Assembly (NCBI GenBank): GCA_965248265.1
Contig: CBDFJF010000001.1
Location: 1,568,001-1,632,000 of the forward strand
From: Candidatus Latescibacterota bacterium
GTDB lineage: Bacteria; Latescibacterota; UBA2968; UBA8231
Direction of reading: 5' to 3'
Length of the DNA stretch: 64,000 bases
In this document: positions 18,509 to 26,813 of the stretch, piece after piece
Position numbering within the stretch: position 1 is the stretch's first letter
How the letters are laid out: every line of letters starts with the position of its first letter
Made by a program: the position numbers and the translations under genes
The notes under the pieces: model-generated
Databases searched by the model: none
The model's input: only the letters and a program-made list of their open reading frames with translations
Told to the model about the DNA's origin: nothing

Positions 18509-18877
18509 ATGAACCGCTACCTGAAACCACTGGCGATCGCCGCGGCGGCGGCTGGCCTAACCCTGCTTGCTGTGTCTGTGTGGGGAGACGATCAGCGGGA
18601 AATGAACGAAGGCAACCCTTGGAAAATGAGTGGGGGATGGCTTGTTTTTCCTGGAATCGTAGAATCTGAAATATCTTATAGATCCGAAACGAGCTTCGTG
18701 ACTGCCACAGGGCTATCATGGCCAGACGGCAGGCAGATGCTCGTCACCTATTACTCAGTCGACCCGCCGCCGGGACAGTTACACCCGGCAATGTTTTGGC
18801 GCTGTCATCAATACTTCGATTCTTCAATGCAGGCCACCGGAAACGAATGCTGGTACCTGGAGCGCCTTAAACGATGA
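18509..18877 (+). CDS. Exported/membrane-anchored hypothetical protein
   Basis: N-terminal signal-like MNRYLKPLAIAAAAAGLTLLAVSVWG; preceded by a GAGG SD. Confidence 0.65.
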   Translation: MNRYLKPLAIAAAAAGLTLLAVSVWGDDQREMNEGNPWKMSGGWLVFPGIVESEISYRSETSFVTATGLSWPDGRQMLVTYYSVDPPPGQLHPAMFWRCHQYFDSSMQATGNECWYLERLKR

Positions 18878-18883
18878 TTTGCC

Positions 18884-19054
18884 TCAATCCCCATCACCAT
18901 TCAAGTCCGGCTCGAACTCGGTTAGCTCGATGAGCTTCATTCGGACATACGCAGACAGATTGAGCCCCAGCTTCTTGGCTTCACGCTCAAGATGCTGCTT
19001 CAGCCCTTCGTCTATCCGCAACTGGACAAAGACGTTCTTTTCAGCCACTAACAT
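18884..19054 (-). CDS. Ribbon-helix-helix (Arc/CopG-like) regulator, probable prophage repressor, 56 aa
   Basis: Manually read MLVAEKNVFVQLRIDEGLKQHLEREAKKLGLNLSAYVRMKL; divergent from the early operon. Confidence 0.8.
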   Translation of the reverse strand: MLVAEKNVFVQLRIDEGLKQHLEREAKKLGLNLSAYVRMKLIELTEFEPDLNGDGD

Positions 19055-19061
19055 ACCCCAG

Positions 19062-19091
19062 AACGTAATACTTCACTGGCCATATTGTCAA
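19062..19091 (-). promoter_or_regulatory. Leftward sigma70-type promoter of the RHH gene (likely leaderless mRNA)
   Basis: TTGACA-N18-TACGTT, with 7 nt to the ATG. Confidence 0.6.
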
Positions 19092-19119
19092 GTCCGCCCG
19101 TGTGCTTGTGAAGTTTTAC

Positions 19120-19149
19120 TTGACTTGCGTAGAGAAATGTCATACATTT
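19120..19149 (+). promoter_or_regulatory. Rightward early promoter with overlapping palindromic operator
   Basis: TTGACT-N17-TACATT; palindrome AAATGT-cat-ACATTT covers the -10. Confidence 0.7.
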
Positions 19150-19259
19150 AGGTCAGGCATAAAAAGCGGCTGGCCGGGGAATCTTTTAGCGGAGAATCCC
19201 AGCCAGCCAGTCACAATCACCTCACAGAGGGCCTTGGGGTCCTTAGGAAGGCGTTTGTA

Positions 19260-19580
19260 ATGCTGGAATCTACCACACAAACCCACCCGCAGCAAGCTGT
19301 ATCTCCATACCCGCAGTCGCACCTACCCGCACCATCAGAACCCCGGCCCGCACCATCCCGCCGAGACATCCTCAACGCCCAAGCGGCGGGACAGCTTCCG
19401 CCAACCAATCTCACCAAACATCTCGTCCTGGCTGAACTGCCAGACGACGACCCAGAGGAGCAAGATGAGGCGGTAGTGTGCAACGAGTGCGGCGATCTGT
19501 TCCTGGGCGATCTGCGAGAGAGTGAGTGCGAGTCGTGCCAGAAGGAGTACCACCTGGAGAGGGACAGACGACTGATATGA
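19260..19580 (+). CDS. Hypothetical protein with CxxC...CxxC zinc ribbon
   Basis: CNECG...CESC. Confidence 0.55.
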   Translation: MLESTTQTHPQQAVSPYPQSHLPAPSEPRPAPSRRDILNAQAAGQLPPTNLTKHLVLAELPDDDPEEQDEAVVCNECGDLFLGDLRESECESCQKEYHLERDRRLI

Positions 19581-19608
19581 ACCGAAGACTCCCCAGAAGC
19601 GAGGACAA

Positions 19609-19767
19609 GTGAATGAAGAATTTGATGTCCCATATCCGCCTCAGAAGTCAAAGCACTCACTGCGCAAGCAGCGTGCTCTTCGGCGCCGGCACATGCGCCT
19701 CTACTGGCGGGTGAGAAAGAAGAGCCGAGAGTCCAAGCAGAAGCGAGAAGACGACGACCCCTACTGA
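19609..19767 (+). CDS. 52-aa arginine/lysine-rich peptide
   Basis: Manually read GTG-start ORF with GAGG SD: ...SLRKQRALRRRHMRLYWRVRKKSRESKQKR... Confidence 0.5.
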   Translation: MNEEFDVPYPPQKSKHSLRKQRALRRRHMRLYWRVRKKSRESKQKREDDDPY

Positions 19768-19780
19768 CAGGAGAAATGAA

Positions 19781-20047
19781 ATGCCAGACACAGAGATACT
19801 CGAACTCGTTAGAAACCGCACCCATGCGACGGGAGTCCCGCTCGCCATTCTGGAGGCACTCGACGCCCCGATAAAGAGGCGGACCGTCTACGACTATCGC
19901 GTCCATCTCGGACCGGACATCACTGAACTCGCCATAGAGAAACCCTTCGAGGTGAAAGCCCAAGCGGAAGAGTTTGCGGACCTGGTAGAAGAGTGCGGAT
20001 GGCGAACTCACATCGAGAGAGAAGAGTTGGAACGATGCACGGGCTGA
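19781..20047 (+). CDS. Hypothetical phage protein
   Basis: AGGAG SD; ORF in the early operon. Confidence 0.6.
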   Translation: MPDTEILELVRNRTHATGVPLAILEALDAPIKRRTVYDYRVHLGPDITELAIEKPFEVKAQAEEFADLVEECGWRTHIEREELERCTG

Positions 20048-20147
20048 GCCGAACTGGAAGAGTTGCCCTGGTTGTCGCAAGCAGCCTCAAAATGCTGGCG
20101 TTCGGGTACATCCTCGTCAGCGCATTCATCCCCTTCATCATGGAGAT

Positions 20148-21137
20148 ATGGCCATGAATTTCCAGAAAGCACAGAAGTACGGATCTCATGGGCGCATGGC
20201 GCTCGTGGGGCCGGCGGGAGCTGGAAAGACATACACCGGACTCCGCGTACTCTCGGCTATGTGCGAGAAGATCGCTGTTGTCGACACCGAGCACGGATCT
20301 GCGTCGAAGTACGCGGACATCTTCGATTTCGATGTGCTGGAGCTGGAAAGCTTCGACCCTGCGCTCTACATCGAGGCCATTCAGTCGGCGCAGAGAGCAG
20401 GCTACGACGGACTCCTGATTGACTCTCTGTCACATGCATGGATCGGGAAGGACGGCGCCCTGGAGATGAAGGATAAGGCGTCACAGCGATCCGGCGAGAA
20501 CAGCTTCACGGCTTGGCGTCACGTCACGCCGATTCACACCCGGCTCATCGACGAGATGCTCGGTTGCAAAATGCACCTGATCGTGTCAATGCGATCGAAG
20601 ACCGAGTACGTCATCGAGGAAAACGCCAAAGGGCAGAAGGTGCCGCGCAAGATCGGACTCCAGCCAATTCAACGCGAAGGCATGGAGTTCGAGTTCGACG
20701 TGGTCGGTGACATGGACCAGATGAACGTCCTCAGCATCACAAAGTCCCGTTGCCCCGCGATGTCCGGCCAGATGTATACCAGGCCAGGAGAGGACGTGGC
20801 AGAGGTATTCAGCGCGTGGCTGGACGGAGAAGAGGCGCCGGAGAAGCCGAAGGTGAAGCCGACTGGGGATATGGGGATAGCCGGCAAGAAGCGGTTCCTG
20901 GCCAAAGTCGAGGAATGGATGGATGCGCTCGGCGACCGGTTCAACGAGATCCTCGAAAAGGATTTCGAGCTGGTAGCCGGCGACATGGCCAAGATCACCG
21001 ACAAGGAGCTGGTTGCGGAGATCCATGAAGCCATGGAAGCCGCGATCGAGGCGAAGATCGCAGTAGAAAACAACGGCGAGTCAGGCGATGACGACTTCCA
21101 CAAGCAGCTCGACAAAGAAGAAGCCCGGGCGGCATAG
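20148..21137 (+). CDS. AAA ATPase, Sak4/AAA_24-like recombination protein
   Basis: GPAGAGKT, VVDTEHGS, LIDSLSHAW and IQREGMEFEFD motifs. Confidence 0.85.
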   Translation: MAMNFQKAQKYGSHGRMALVGPAGAGKTYTGLRVLSAMCEKIAVVDTEHGSASKYADIFDFDVLELESFDPALYIEAIQSAQRAGYDGLLIDSLSHAWIGKDGALEMKDKASQRSGENSFTAWRHVTPIHTRLIDEMLGCKMHLIVSMRSKTEYVIEENAKGQKVPRKIGLQPIQREGMEFEFDVVGDMDQMNVLSITKSRCPAMSGQMYTRPGEDVAEVFSAWLDGEEAPEKPKVKPTGDMGIAGKKRFLAKVEEWMDALGDRFNEILEKDFELVAGDMAKITDKELVAEIHEAMEAAIEAKIAVENNGESGDDDFHKQLDKEEARAA

Positions 21138-22067
21138 ATGCCCGGACGTTGGATTCGCTTGGATGTGGATTGGGAAGACTCGGCCTGGCTGGATGCTCTG
21201 CCCGGAGTGGTCTCCGGATGCTGGCCACGGCTGCTTTGCCATGTGAAGCGCACTGGGGTTCGTGGTCGTTGCCGACGTCCGGATCACACCGTGATTGCGC
21301 GACGCTGGAATGTCACGCGTGACATCGTGACAGAGTTGGAGCAAGCAGCACTGGCCGACGATGCACTGCGAATTGAGAGCGGAGAATGGGTGGTCGCGAA
21401 CTGGGAAACATATCAGTTGTACGACGAAACAGGCGCTGAAAGACAGCGGAGAAGGCGCGCCAAACAGAAGAAAAACAGTAACCTACAGGAGTCACGCCGT
21501 GACGGCGTGACAGACCGTGACAGCCGTGATGTCCTGTCGCGTGACATAGACAGAGACAAAGACATAGACAGTACCCCTGTGTCTGGTAGTACTGAGGTAC
21601 CCGGTACAGAGGCGGAATCCGAAACAATCGATGGCGGCGACACACAAGTCATACACTCCCGCGATCCCACCGACGACTTCAAGCCCTCACCGAACTACAA
21701 GCCCAACGAACTGCGCGAGCTGTGGGAGGCCGAAAGGCTCCCCTTCCCTCACTCCGTCCACTGGGCGATACACGAACAAGCCTTGCACCGACTGCACTCA
21801 GAACCTCCGCACTGGTCTCGCAAGGATGTTGAGAGGGCGATCATGCGCCTCGCCGACGACAAGCGCTCGGCCCAGGACTTGGAGTGGGTTTGGCAGAAGG
21901 GGCCGCAGTATCTGGAGCAGCGGGCGAAGGGGTTGCAGGTAATCGAGCACGTCCTGAACTGGAAGTCGCATTCGCAAAAGAGCGAGCCCGGCCGCGAAAC
22001 GACGGAGGAGCGGATAGCGCGTCGTAAAAAAGAGCGCCGAGAGAAGCGCGGGAGAGACGCTGCGTGA
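21138..22067 (+). CDS. Phage replication initiator (replisome organiser-like)
   Basis: WIRLD N-terminus, NWETYQ..AERQRRRR motif, low-complexity linker with DNA iterons. Confidence 0.7.
   Translation: MPGRWIRLDVDWEDSAWLDALPGVVSGCWPRLLCHVKRTGVRGRCRRPDHTVIARRWNVTRDIVTELEQAALADDALRIESGEWVVANWETYQLYDETGAERQRRRRAKQKKNSNLQESRRDGVTDRDSRDVLSRDIDRDKDIDSTPVSGSTEVPGTEAESETIDGGDTQVIHSRDPTDDFKPSPNYKPNELRELWEAERLPFPHSVHWAIHEQALHRLHSEPPHWSRKDVERAIMRLADDKRSAQDLEWVWQKGPQYLEQRAKGLQVIEHVLNWKSHSQKSEPGRETTEERIARRKKERREKRGRDAA
21310..21549. repeat. CGTGAC iteron cluster, probable phage replication origin
   Basis: 16-bp palindrome ATGTCACGCGTGACAT (21310-21325), 21-bp palindrome GTCACGCCGT-G-ACGGCGTGAC (21491-21511), further CGTGAC copies, A-rich flanks. 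Confidence 0.65.
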
Positions 22068-22783
22068 CAATCCTGCGCGACGACGAGCAAGCCCAGGATC
22101 GCATCGAGCAGGCGCTGCTGCTGCACTATGGCCGGATGCTTGAAGACGGCTACGTCGACGATCTGCTCAAGCGTCTTGGCGGAATCGATCCAGGCGTAGT
22201 TGAGCAGGCACTCGACGAACACATCGGTGACACGTCGCCTGGCCACGGCAACCAGCCGATAGGGCATCATCCTCCTTCCGCCGCAAGACTACTGGCGCTG
22301 GTTGAGCGTCTGCAGCCAAAGCAATCCACCGACAAGGACTACCACCACGCTCAGCCGTCGGGGGAGAAGCGTCTTGTGGAGATCCCCGAGAACATGCGGC
22401 AGTACTTCCCCATCCGCGATGCGAAGAGGTTGCCAACCGGCCAATACAAGACGCACATCGAAGTCTACTCGTCGTACTGCCGGGACTGCTCCGACACCGG
22501 CATCGCTCGCTTCTTCCACTCCCGAGACCGCCGCCGCGTGTGGACCACCGAGGAGTTCTGGGAGTTGCCTGAGGCGATGAAGGATCAGCTGAACTCTGCC
22601 TCTGCTGTGTGTGATTGCAGTCGTGGCAGAAATGCTCCTGAAAGGGGGCGTTCGGTAGAGGTGTGGCACGAAGGCCGCCAGAGGCGCGTATCCACGTTCC
22701 CGCGCATGGAGCACATCCGTGAGATGGCCAAGCAGCGCATTGACGAAGACCTCGAGGTGGTGGGCAATGCAGACGCTTTCTGA
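22064..22783 (+). CDS. Putative replication accessory protein (helicase-loader-like position, Cys motifs)
   Basis: Coupled to the initiator; PPSAARL, CRDCSDTG and CDC motifs. Confidence 0.5.
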   Translation: MTILRDDEQAQDRIEQALLLHYGRMLEDGYVDDLLKRLGGIDPGVVEQALDEHIGDTSPGHGNQPIGHHPPSAARLLALVERLQPKQSTDKDYHHAQPSGEKRLVEIPENMRQYFPIRDAKRLPTGQYKTHIEVYSSYCRDCSDTGIARFFHSRDRRRVWTTEEFWELPEAMKDQLNSASAVCDCSRGRNAPERGRSVEVWHEGRQRRVSTFPRMEHIREMAKQRIDEDLEVVGNADAF

Positions 22784-22964
22784 GGGCCAACCTGTGTACT
22801 CACGCTCGCGGCCGTGGTTAAGAAACCTCGTCCTGGTTTACGGGCCGTACAGCGGCAACAGGTGGGCAGTGCAGGTAAACGGCGGCCTGTCGTGGGAGTT
22901 CGAGGGCAAAGACTTGATGCTGAAGCCAGTGAGGAAAATCAATTCCACCCAGAGGGGAACATGA
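22767..22964 (+). CDS. Small hypothetical protein
   Basis: GAGGTG SD; ATGA overlap with the next gene. Confidence 0.5.
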   Translation: MQTLSEGQPVYSRSRPWLRNLVLVYGPYSGNRWAVQVNGGLSWEFEGKDLMLKPVRKINSTQRGT

Positions 22965-23563
22965 CGATAGCGAGGTCGAGCATAGGCAGGAACGCATCAG
23001 CGCGTGTAATCCGGAAACCTGGTAAGGGGAGACAAGCAGAAGGACGTGCGGGCGAAGGGGCACCTGCCAAAAGGGGGAGGACACTTAGAACTCCTTTCGC
23101 TCGGCCTCGCATCGTGTCGGCGAGAAAGAAGCGCCGCTTTGAGGAGATGTCTCCGGAAGAGGCCAAGCAGTCGCGAGAAGGGTACATCGCCCTGTGTCTG
23201 GACATCATGCATAACGCCTTCAGCCTCGTTGAGCTGAAGTGGGAGACTCCGGAAAACCAGGAATACCAGGAGACCGTCACGTTCCTGCTCAATGACCAGT
23301 CGCCGGTTCATCAGATCCTGTTTGTCGAGCGGGAGTGTATCGAGCTCGCATTGGGGCGGATCTACAACGGCGAAGAAGTTGCCAACGGCCATGCCGGCCG
23401 CAAACGAAAGAAGGTTTCGGCAGAGCACCTCGATCGGATACTGCGAATGACGCACGGCGATCTGCAGGAAGCGGCCCAGATCCTTGGAGTGAGACCTTCT
23501 TCGATCAGGCGAATGGCTACCAGGCGCGGATTGAACCTCGATGCCTACAGAGGAGCCGCCTGA
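22961..23563 (+). CDS. Protein with C-terminal Fis-type HTH
   Basis: LRMTHGDLQEAAQILGVRPSSIRR. Confidence 0.6.
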   Translation: MTIARSSIGRNASARVIRKPGKGRQAEGRAGEGAPAKRGRTLRTPFARPRIVSARKKRRFEEMSPEEAKQSREGYIALCLDIMHNAFSLVELKWETPENQEYQETVTFLLNDQSPVHQILFVERECIELALGRIYNGEEVANGHAGRKRKKVSAEHLDRILRMTHGDLQEAAQILGVRPSSIRRMATRRGLNLDAYRGAA

Positions 23564-23564
23564 G

Positions 23565-23792
23565 ATGGACCAGGGCACTCTCATTCTCAAGGCCCTACAG
23601 CAAGGCCGGAAGCTGACACCGATGGATGCGCTGCAGGAGTTCGGGTGTTATCGCCTGGCGGCGCGCATCAACGAGCTACGGCGCGACCACGACATCAGCT
23701 CAACCATGCACACGAACCACAACGGCAAGCGGTACGCCATCTACGAGCTTGAGTTGGCCACCGATGAGAAGGGGCAAAGGGCGCTTCTATGA
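23565..23792 (+). CDS. Winged HTH phage protein
   Basis: LTPMDALQEFGCYRLAARINELR motif. Confidence 0.75.
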   Translation: MDQGTLILKALQQGRKLTPMDALQEFGCYRLAARINELRRDHDISSTMHTNHNGKRYAIYELELATDEKGQRALL

Positions 23793-24172
23793 CAACAGGC
23801 ACTTACGAGATTCCAGGCATCGGCAATCCAAAGAGGCCAAAGCATGAGGGCGCCTACGCCAGACGCTGCGCTACCAAGCAGTGCAAAGGGCTTCCGTTCA
23901 AGGCGGGGTACTGTGTCAACTGCGGGCCGACTGCGGCGATTATGAAGCTGCTCAAGGCGCTTGAGGCCGGTGCTGTGCTTCGAGCGCGGAAGGAGAAGAT
24001 CCGGACCTACGTAGTGCTGGAACCCCCTGATGGCGAGCCCCCGCAGTGCGTGAAGGAGGTCACACTGAAGGCCGCGGTGAAACGCAAGCTGCTGGTGAGC
24101 ATGGAGGGTTCGCCCGGACGCTATGGGTTCAGGTTGTCCAACAAGGCCACACAAATACTGGAGGCGAGGTGA
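23789..24172 (+). CDS. Hypothetical protein (Cys-rich N-terminus)
   Basis: Coupled ORF. Confidence 0.55.
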   Translation: MTTGTYEIPGIGNPKRPKHEGAYARRCATKQCKGLPFKAGYCVNCGPTAAIMKLLKALEAGAVLRARKEKIRTYVVLEPPDGEPPQCVKEVTLKAAVKRKLLVSMEGSPGRYGFRLSNKATQILEAR

Positions 24173-24173
24173 C

Positions 24174-24380
24174 ATGAAGAACTGGAGACGCGTCACGGCA
24201 AACAGCCTGCCGAAGTCTGGACGAGTAGTGCTCGCCTATCGCGCAGGACAGTACTTCCTGGCTTCAGTGCAGCGCAACGCCAAGGAGCAACTGAAGTGGT
24301 ACCCAGGCGGGTACGATCTCAAGAAGTTCGATTTCTGGATGCCACTACCACCAGAGCCAACGAAAGGAGCAAAGGAATGA
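24174..24380 (+). CDS. DUF551-like phage protein
   Basis: W...LP...VL...WMPLPPEP pattern. Confidence 0.7.
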   Translation: MKNWRRVTANSLPKSGRVVLAYRAGQYFLASVQRNAKEQLKWYPGGYDLKKFDFWMPLPPEPTKGAKE

Positions 24381-24922
24381 CTGCGCTACTGCAACTACCG
24401 ATCACCGAGGAACAGGAAGACGAGCTGTACTCCGAAGCTTTCGGAGACGCACTTTTTCACGGCGAAGGCGACGAGCTGCCGGAGCTGCCAACGTTCGAAG
24501 ATGAGGAGCAGGCGCAGCGATACCTGCGAGCCTACGCGCACTACCGGGAACAGTTCGACCAGGTGTCCGCACTCTTCGACGCCGAGATCGAGCGGATTGC
24601 AGCCCGACAGCAGAAGGAGCTGTCGAAGATCGAATGCCGGGTGGACTTCCTCTCGGCCTCGCTCAAGCGCTTCTACGAGGCGTCAGGAGCCAAGAGGGTT
24701 GTGCTGCCCCACGGCACTCTCTCCCAGCGCAAGCAGCCAGAGCGAGTCGTCATCGAGGACGAGACGACGTTCCTGGAGACGGCGCCGGCTGAGCTGATAA
24801 AGACGATGGCCGCCCCCGACAAAACGGCAATCAAGGAGCACATCAAAACCACCGGAGAGATTCCAACCGGTGTCGACCTGGTGCGCAACGATCCCAAGTT
24901 CACAATCACGCTGGCCGAATGA
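24377..24922 (+). CDS. Mu Gam-like / Gp157-like host-nuclease inhibitor
   Basis: Coiled coil, LPHGTLSQRK and PDKTAIK..GEIPTGV motifs. Confidence 0.75.
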   Translation: MTALLQLPITEEQEDELYSEAFGDALFHGEGDELPELPTFEDEEQAQRYLRAYAHYREQFDQVSALFDAEIERIAARQQKELSKIECRVDFLSASLKRFYEASGAKRVVLPHGTLSQRKQPERVVIEDETTFLETAPAELIKTMAAPDKTAIKEHIKTTGEIPTGVDLVRNDPKFTITLAE

Positions 24923-25203
24923 GAAGAGCAACCCGCAGAGAGAAGATCCGGATGTCGAAGATCGTTGACGACGGCTGCATCGTGTGTCGACGTGAGTTCG
25001 AGATCTACACCCCGGCGGGTGTGCACCATTGCACCCGTAGGCAGAAGCGGTCCCATGCGCGCACCATCGCGCTCTGCGACCGGCACCATCAGCACGGCGG
25101 AGAAGGCGTGGCGATTCACCCGTACTGGAAGCTGTTCGAAGAGAAGTTTGGGACAGAGGAGGAGTTGCTCGAGGCGACGAACCAGATGGTGGACTCACTA
25201 TAA
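24919..25203 (+). CDS. Ref-family HNH nuclease
   Basis: GCIVC, HH, TIALCDRHH, AIH and FEEKFGTEEELL motifs. Confidence 0.8.
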   Translation: MRRATRREKIRMSKIVDDGCIVCRREFEIYTPAGVHHCTRRQKRSHARTIALCDRHHQHGGEGVAIHPYWKLFEEKFGTEEELLEATNQMVDSL

Positions 25204-25248
25204 GAACCATTAAAACGCATTTACGCTGACGTAAACGAAGGAGGAGAA

Positions 25249-26175
25249 ATGGTACGAGAGTGCAAGACCCAAGAAGAACTCAGCGCGGCAATCGCGGAAA
25301 AGAAAAAGCACCCCGATATCGAAATCTGGCTTGTGGGCAATGCCCGATTTGAACTGGGCGGCTCCTCCCAGGTGAGAGCCTACGGCTCCTCCCAGGTGAC
25401 AGCCTACGGCTCCTCCCAGGTGACAGCCTACGACTCCTCCCAGGTGACAGCCTACGGCTCCTCCCAGGTGACAGCCTACGGCTCCTCCCAGGTGACAGCC
25501 TGCGGCTCCTCCCAGGTGACAGCCTGCGGCTCCTCCCAGGTGACAGCCTACGGCTCCTCCCAGGTGACAGCCTACGGCTCCTCCCAGGTGACAGCCTACG
25601 ACTCCTCCCAGGTGACAGCCTACGGCTCCTCCCAGGTGACAGCCTACGGCTCCTCCCAGGTGACAGCCTACGACTCCTCCCAGGTGACAGCCACTGATTG
25701 GGTCGGCGTCACCGTGCACCCCGGAGCCAAGGTCGAAGGCGGGAAGCAGATCGAGATACCGCGGCTGGATACACCGGCTCTATGGTGTGAGTTTTACGGG
25801 ATTCCTGTCGATGACGGGGTTGCAGTGATGTACAAAGCCGTCAACGACGATTTCGACAGCCCCTACGGGATGTCATACAAGCCTGGAACCGTCCCTGTGG
25901 CTCCGGATTGGGACGAAGGCAAAGCGGAATGTGGTGGCGGTATTCATGTGTCGCCGCGGCCCTTCATGGCGCTCGCATTCCACGGTGAGGCTACAAAGTT
26001 CGTCGGCTGCCCTGTGAAGCTGGAAGAGGTGGCGGTTCATCCCGATGGGCATTACCCGGAAAAGGTGAAAGCCAAGGGATGCTGCGCACCGGTGTTTGAA
26101 GTAGACATCGACGGGGAGCCGTTGCTGGGCATTCCCGATAACGGCAAAGCGTTGACTCACTACAACGCCGGTTAA
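25249..26175 (+). CDS. Phage protein with 14 octapeptide repeats (beta-solenoid-like) and C-terminal ECGGGIH domain
   Basis: (G/D)SSQVTA(Y/C) x14; strong GGAGG SD. Confidence 0.8.
   Translation: MVRECKTQEELSAAIAEKKKHPDIEIWLVGNARFELGGSSQVRAYGSSQVTAYGSSQVTAYDSSQVTAYGSSQVTAYGSSQVTACGSSQVTACGSSQVTAYGSSQVTAYGSSQVTAYDSSQVTAYGSSQVTAYGSSQVTAYDSSQVTATDWVGVTVHPGAKVEGGKQIEIPRLDTPALWCEFYGIPVDDGVAVMYKAVNDDFDSPYGMSYKPGTVPVAPDWDEGKAECGGGIHVSPRPFMALAFHGEATKFVGCPVKLEEVAVHPDGHYPEKVKAKGCCAPVFEVDIDGEPLLGIPDNGKALTHYNAG
25360..25695 (+). repeat. 14 x 24-bp coding tandem repeat GRCTCCTCCCAGGTGACAGCCTRC
   Basis: Counted directly in the DNA. Confidence 0.95.
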
Positions 26176-26181
26176 AATGAA

Positions 26182-26472
26182 TCAGCCGTGTGTTCCGCCA
26201 AGAAGCCCGTACAACCAGACTAAGACTCCTAATGCGAGCATGGCTGCCGGCCAGAGCAGGTTCGATCTCTCGCTTGCGAGCTCTCGGAATGTGGCATTCG
26301 TAAAGAAGAGGAAGCCGCTTATCGCGATCACAAATCCAGGGATGACGAAAAGAGACATGGCCCAGATGCTAAGGAGCAGCTCTCCAATCCCAACTGGCTC
26401 GTATCTCAAGAAATGACCTACACCGAGTACGAGAAGGACCGAGGCGATGCATGCAATCGCTGCAAGTTTCAT
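26182..26472 (-). CDS. Small 3-TM membrane protein, inverted relative to the early operon
   Basis: Hydrophobic 96-aa ORF between sites S2 and S3. Confidence 0.65.
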   Translation of the reverse strand: MKLAAIACIASVLLVLGVGHFLRYEPVGIGELLLSIWAMSLFVIPGFVIAISGFLFFTNATFRELASERSNLLWPAAMLALGVLVWLYGLLGGTHG

Positions 26473-26555
26473 GGATTACCTTAGCGCAGAGCTTAGATCG
26501 ATTGTGGATTGGACACCATAGACCAACGATAATGCCATTTAAAGGGAGTCAACGG

Positions 26556-26813
26556 ATGTACCTCGAAAGCACGGAAATCAGCGGAGAATTGTCGGTTGAG
26601 GAGTACCGCAACCAGATGGTGACAGCGCTTGAGCGTGATGTGCGGAGCATTGCCTACGCCATCACGGAAATACGCGACCTGTTCAAGTGCCCCGAATGCG
26701 ACGGCGCCGGAGGAGCGCGTATCACAGAAGAGCCGTCTGAGGACAACGACTTCGAGGGCTGGAGGTTCAAGGGTTGCGCCCGCTGTGACCGCAAGGGGAT
26801 TGTCCGCCCATGA
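26556..26813 (+). CDS. Hypothetical protein with CxxCxGxG zinc motifs
   Basis: CPECDGAG...CARCDRKG; SD supplied by site S3. Confidence 0.6.
   Translation: MYLESTEISGELSVEEYRNQMVTALERDVRSIAYAITEIRDLFKCPECDGAGGARITEEPSEDNDFEGWRFKGCARCDRKGIVRP

Noticed and set aside
25360-25695. 24-bp repeats as a CRISPR array or DGR variable region
   Set aside because: The repeats are head-to-tail without spacers and in frame in a gene; no cas genes, reverse transcriptase or template repeat are in the window.
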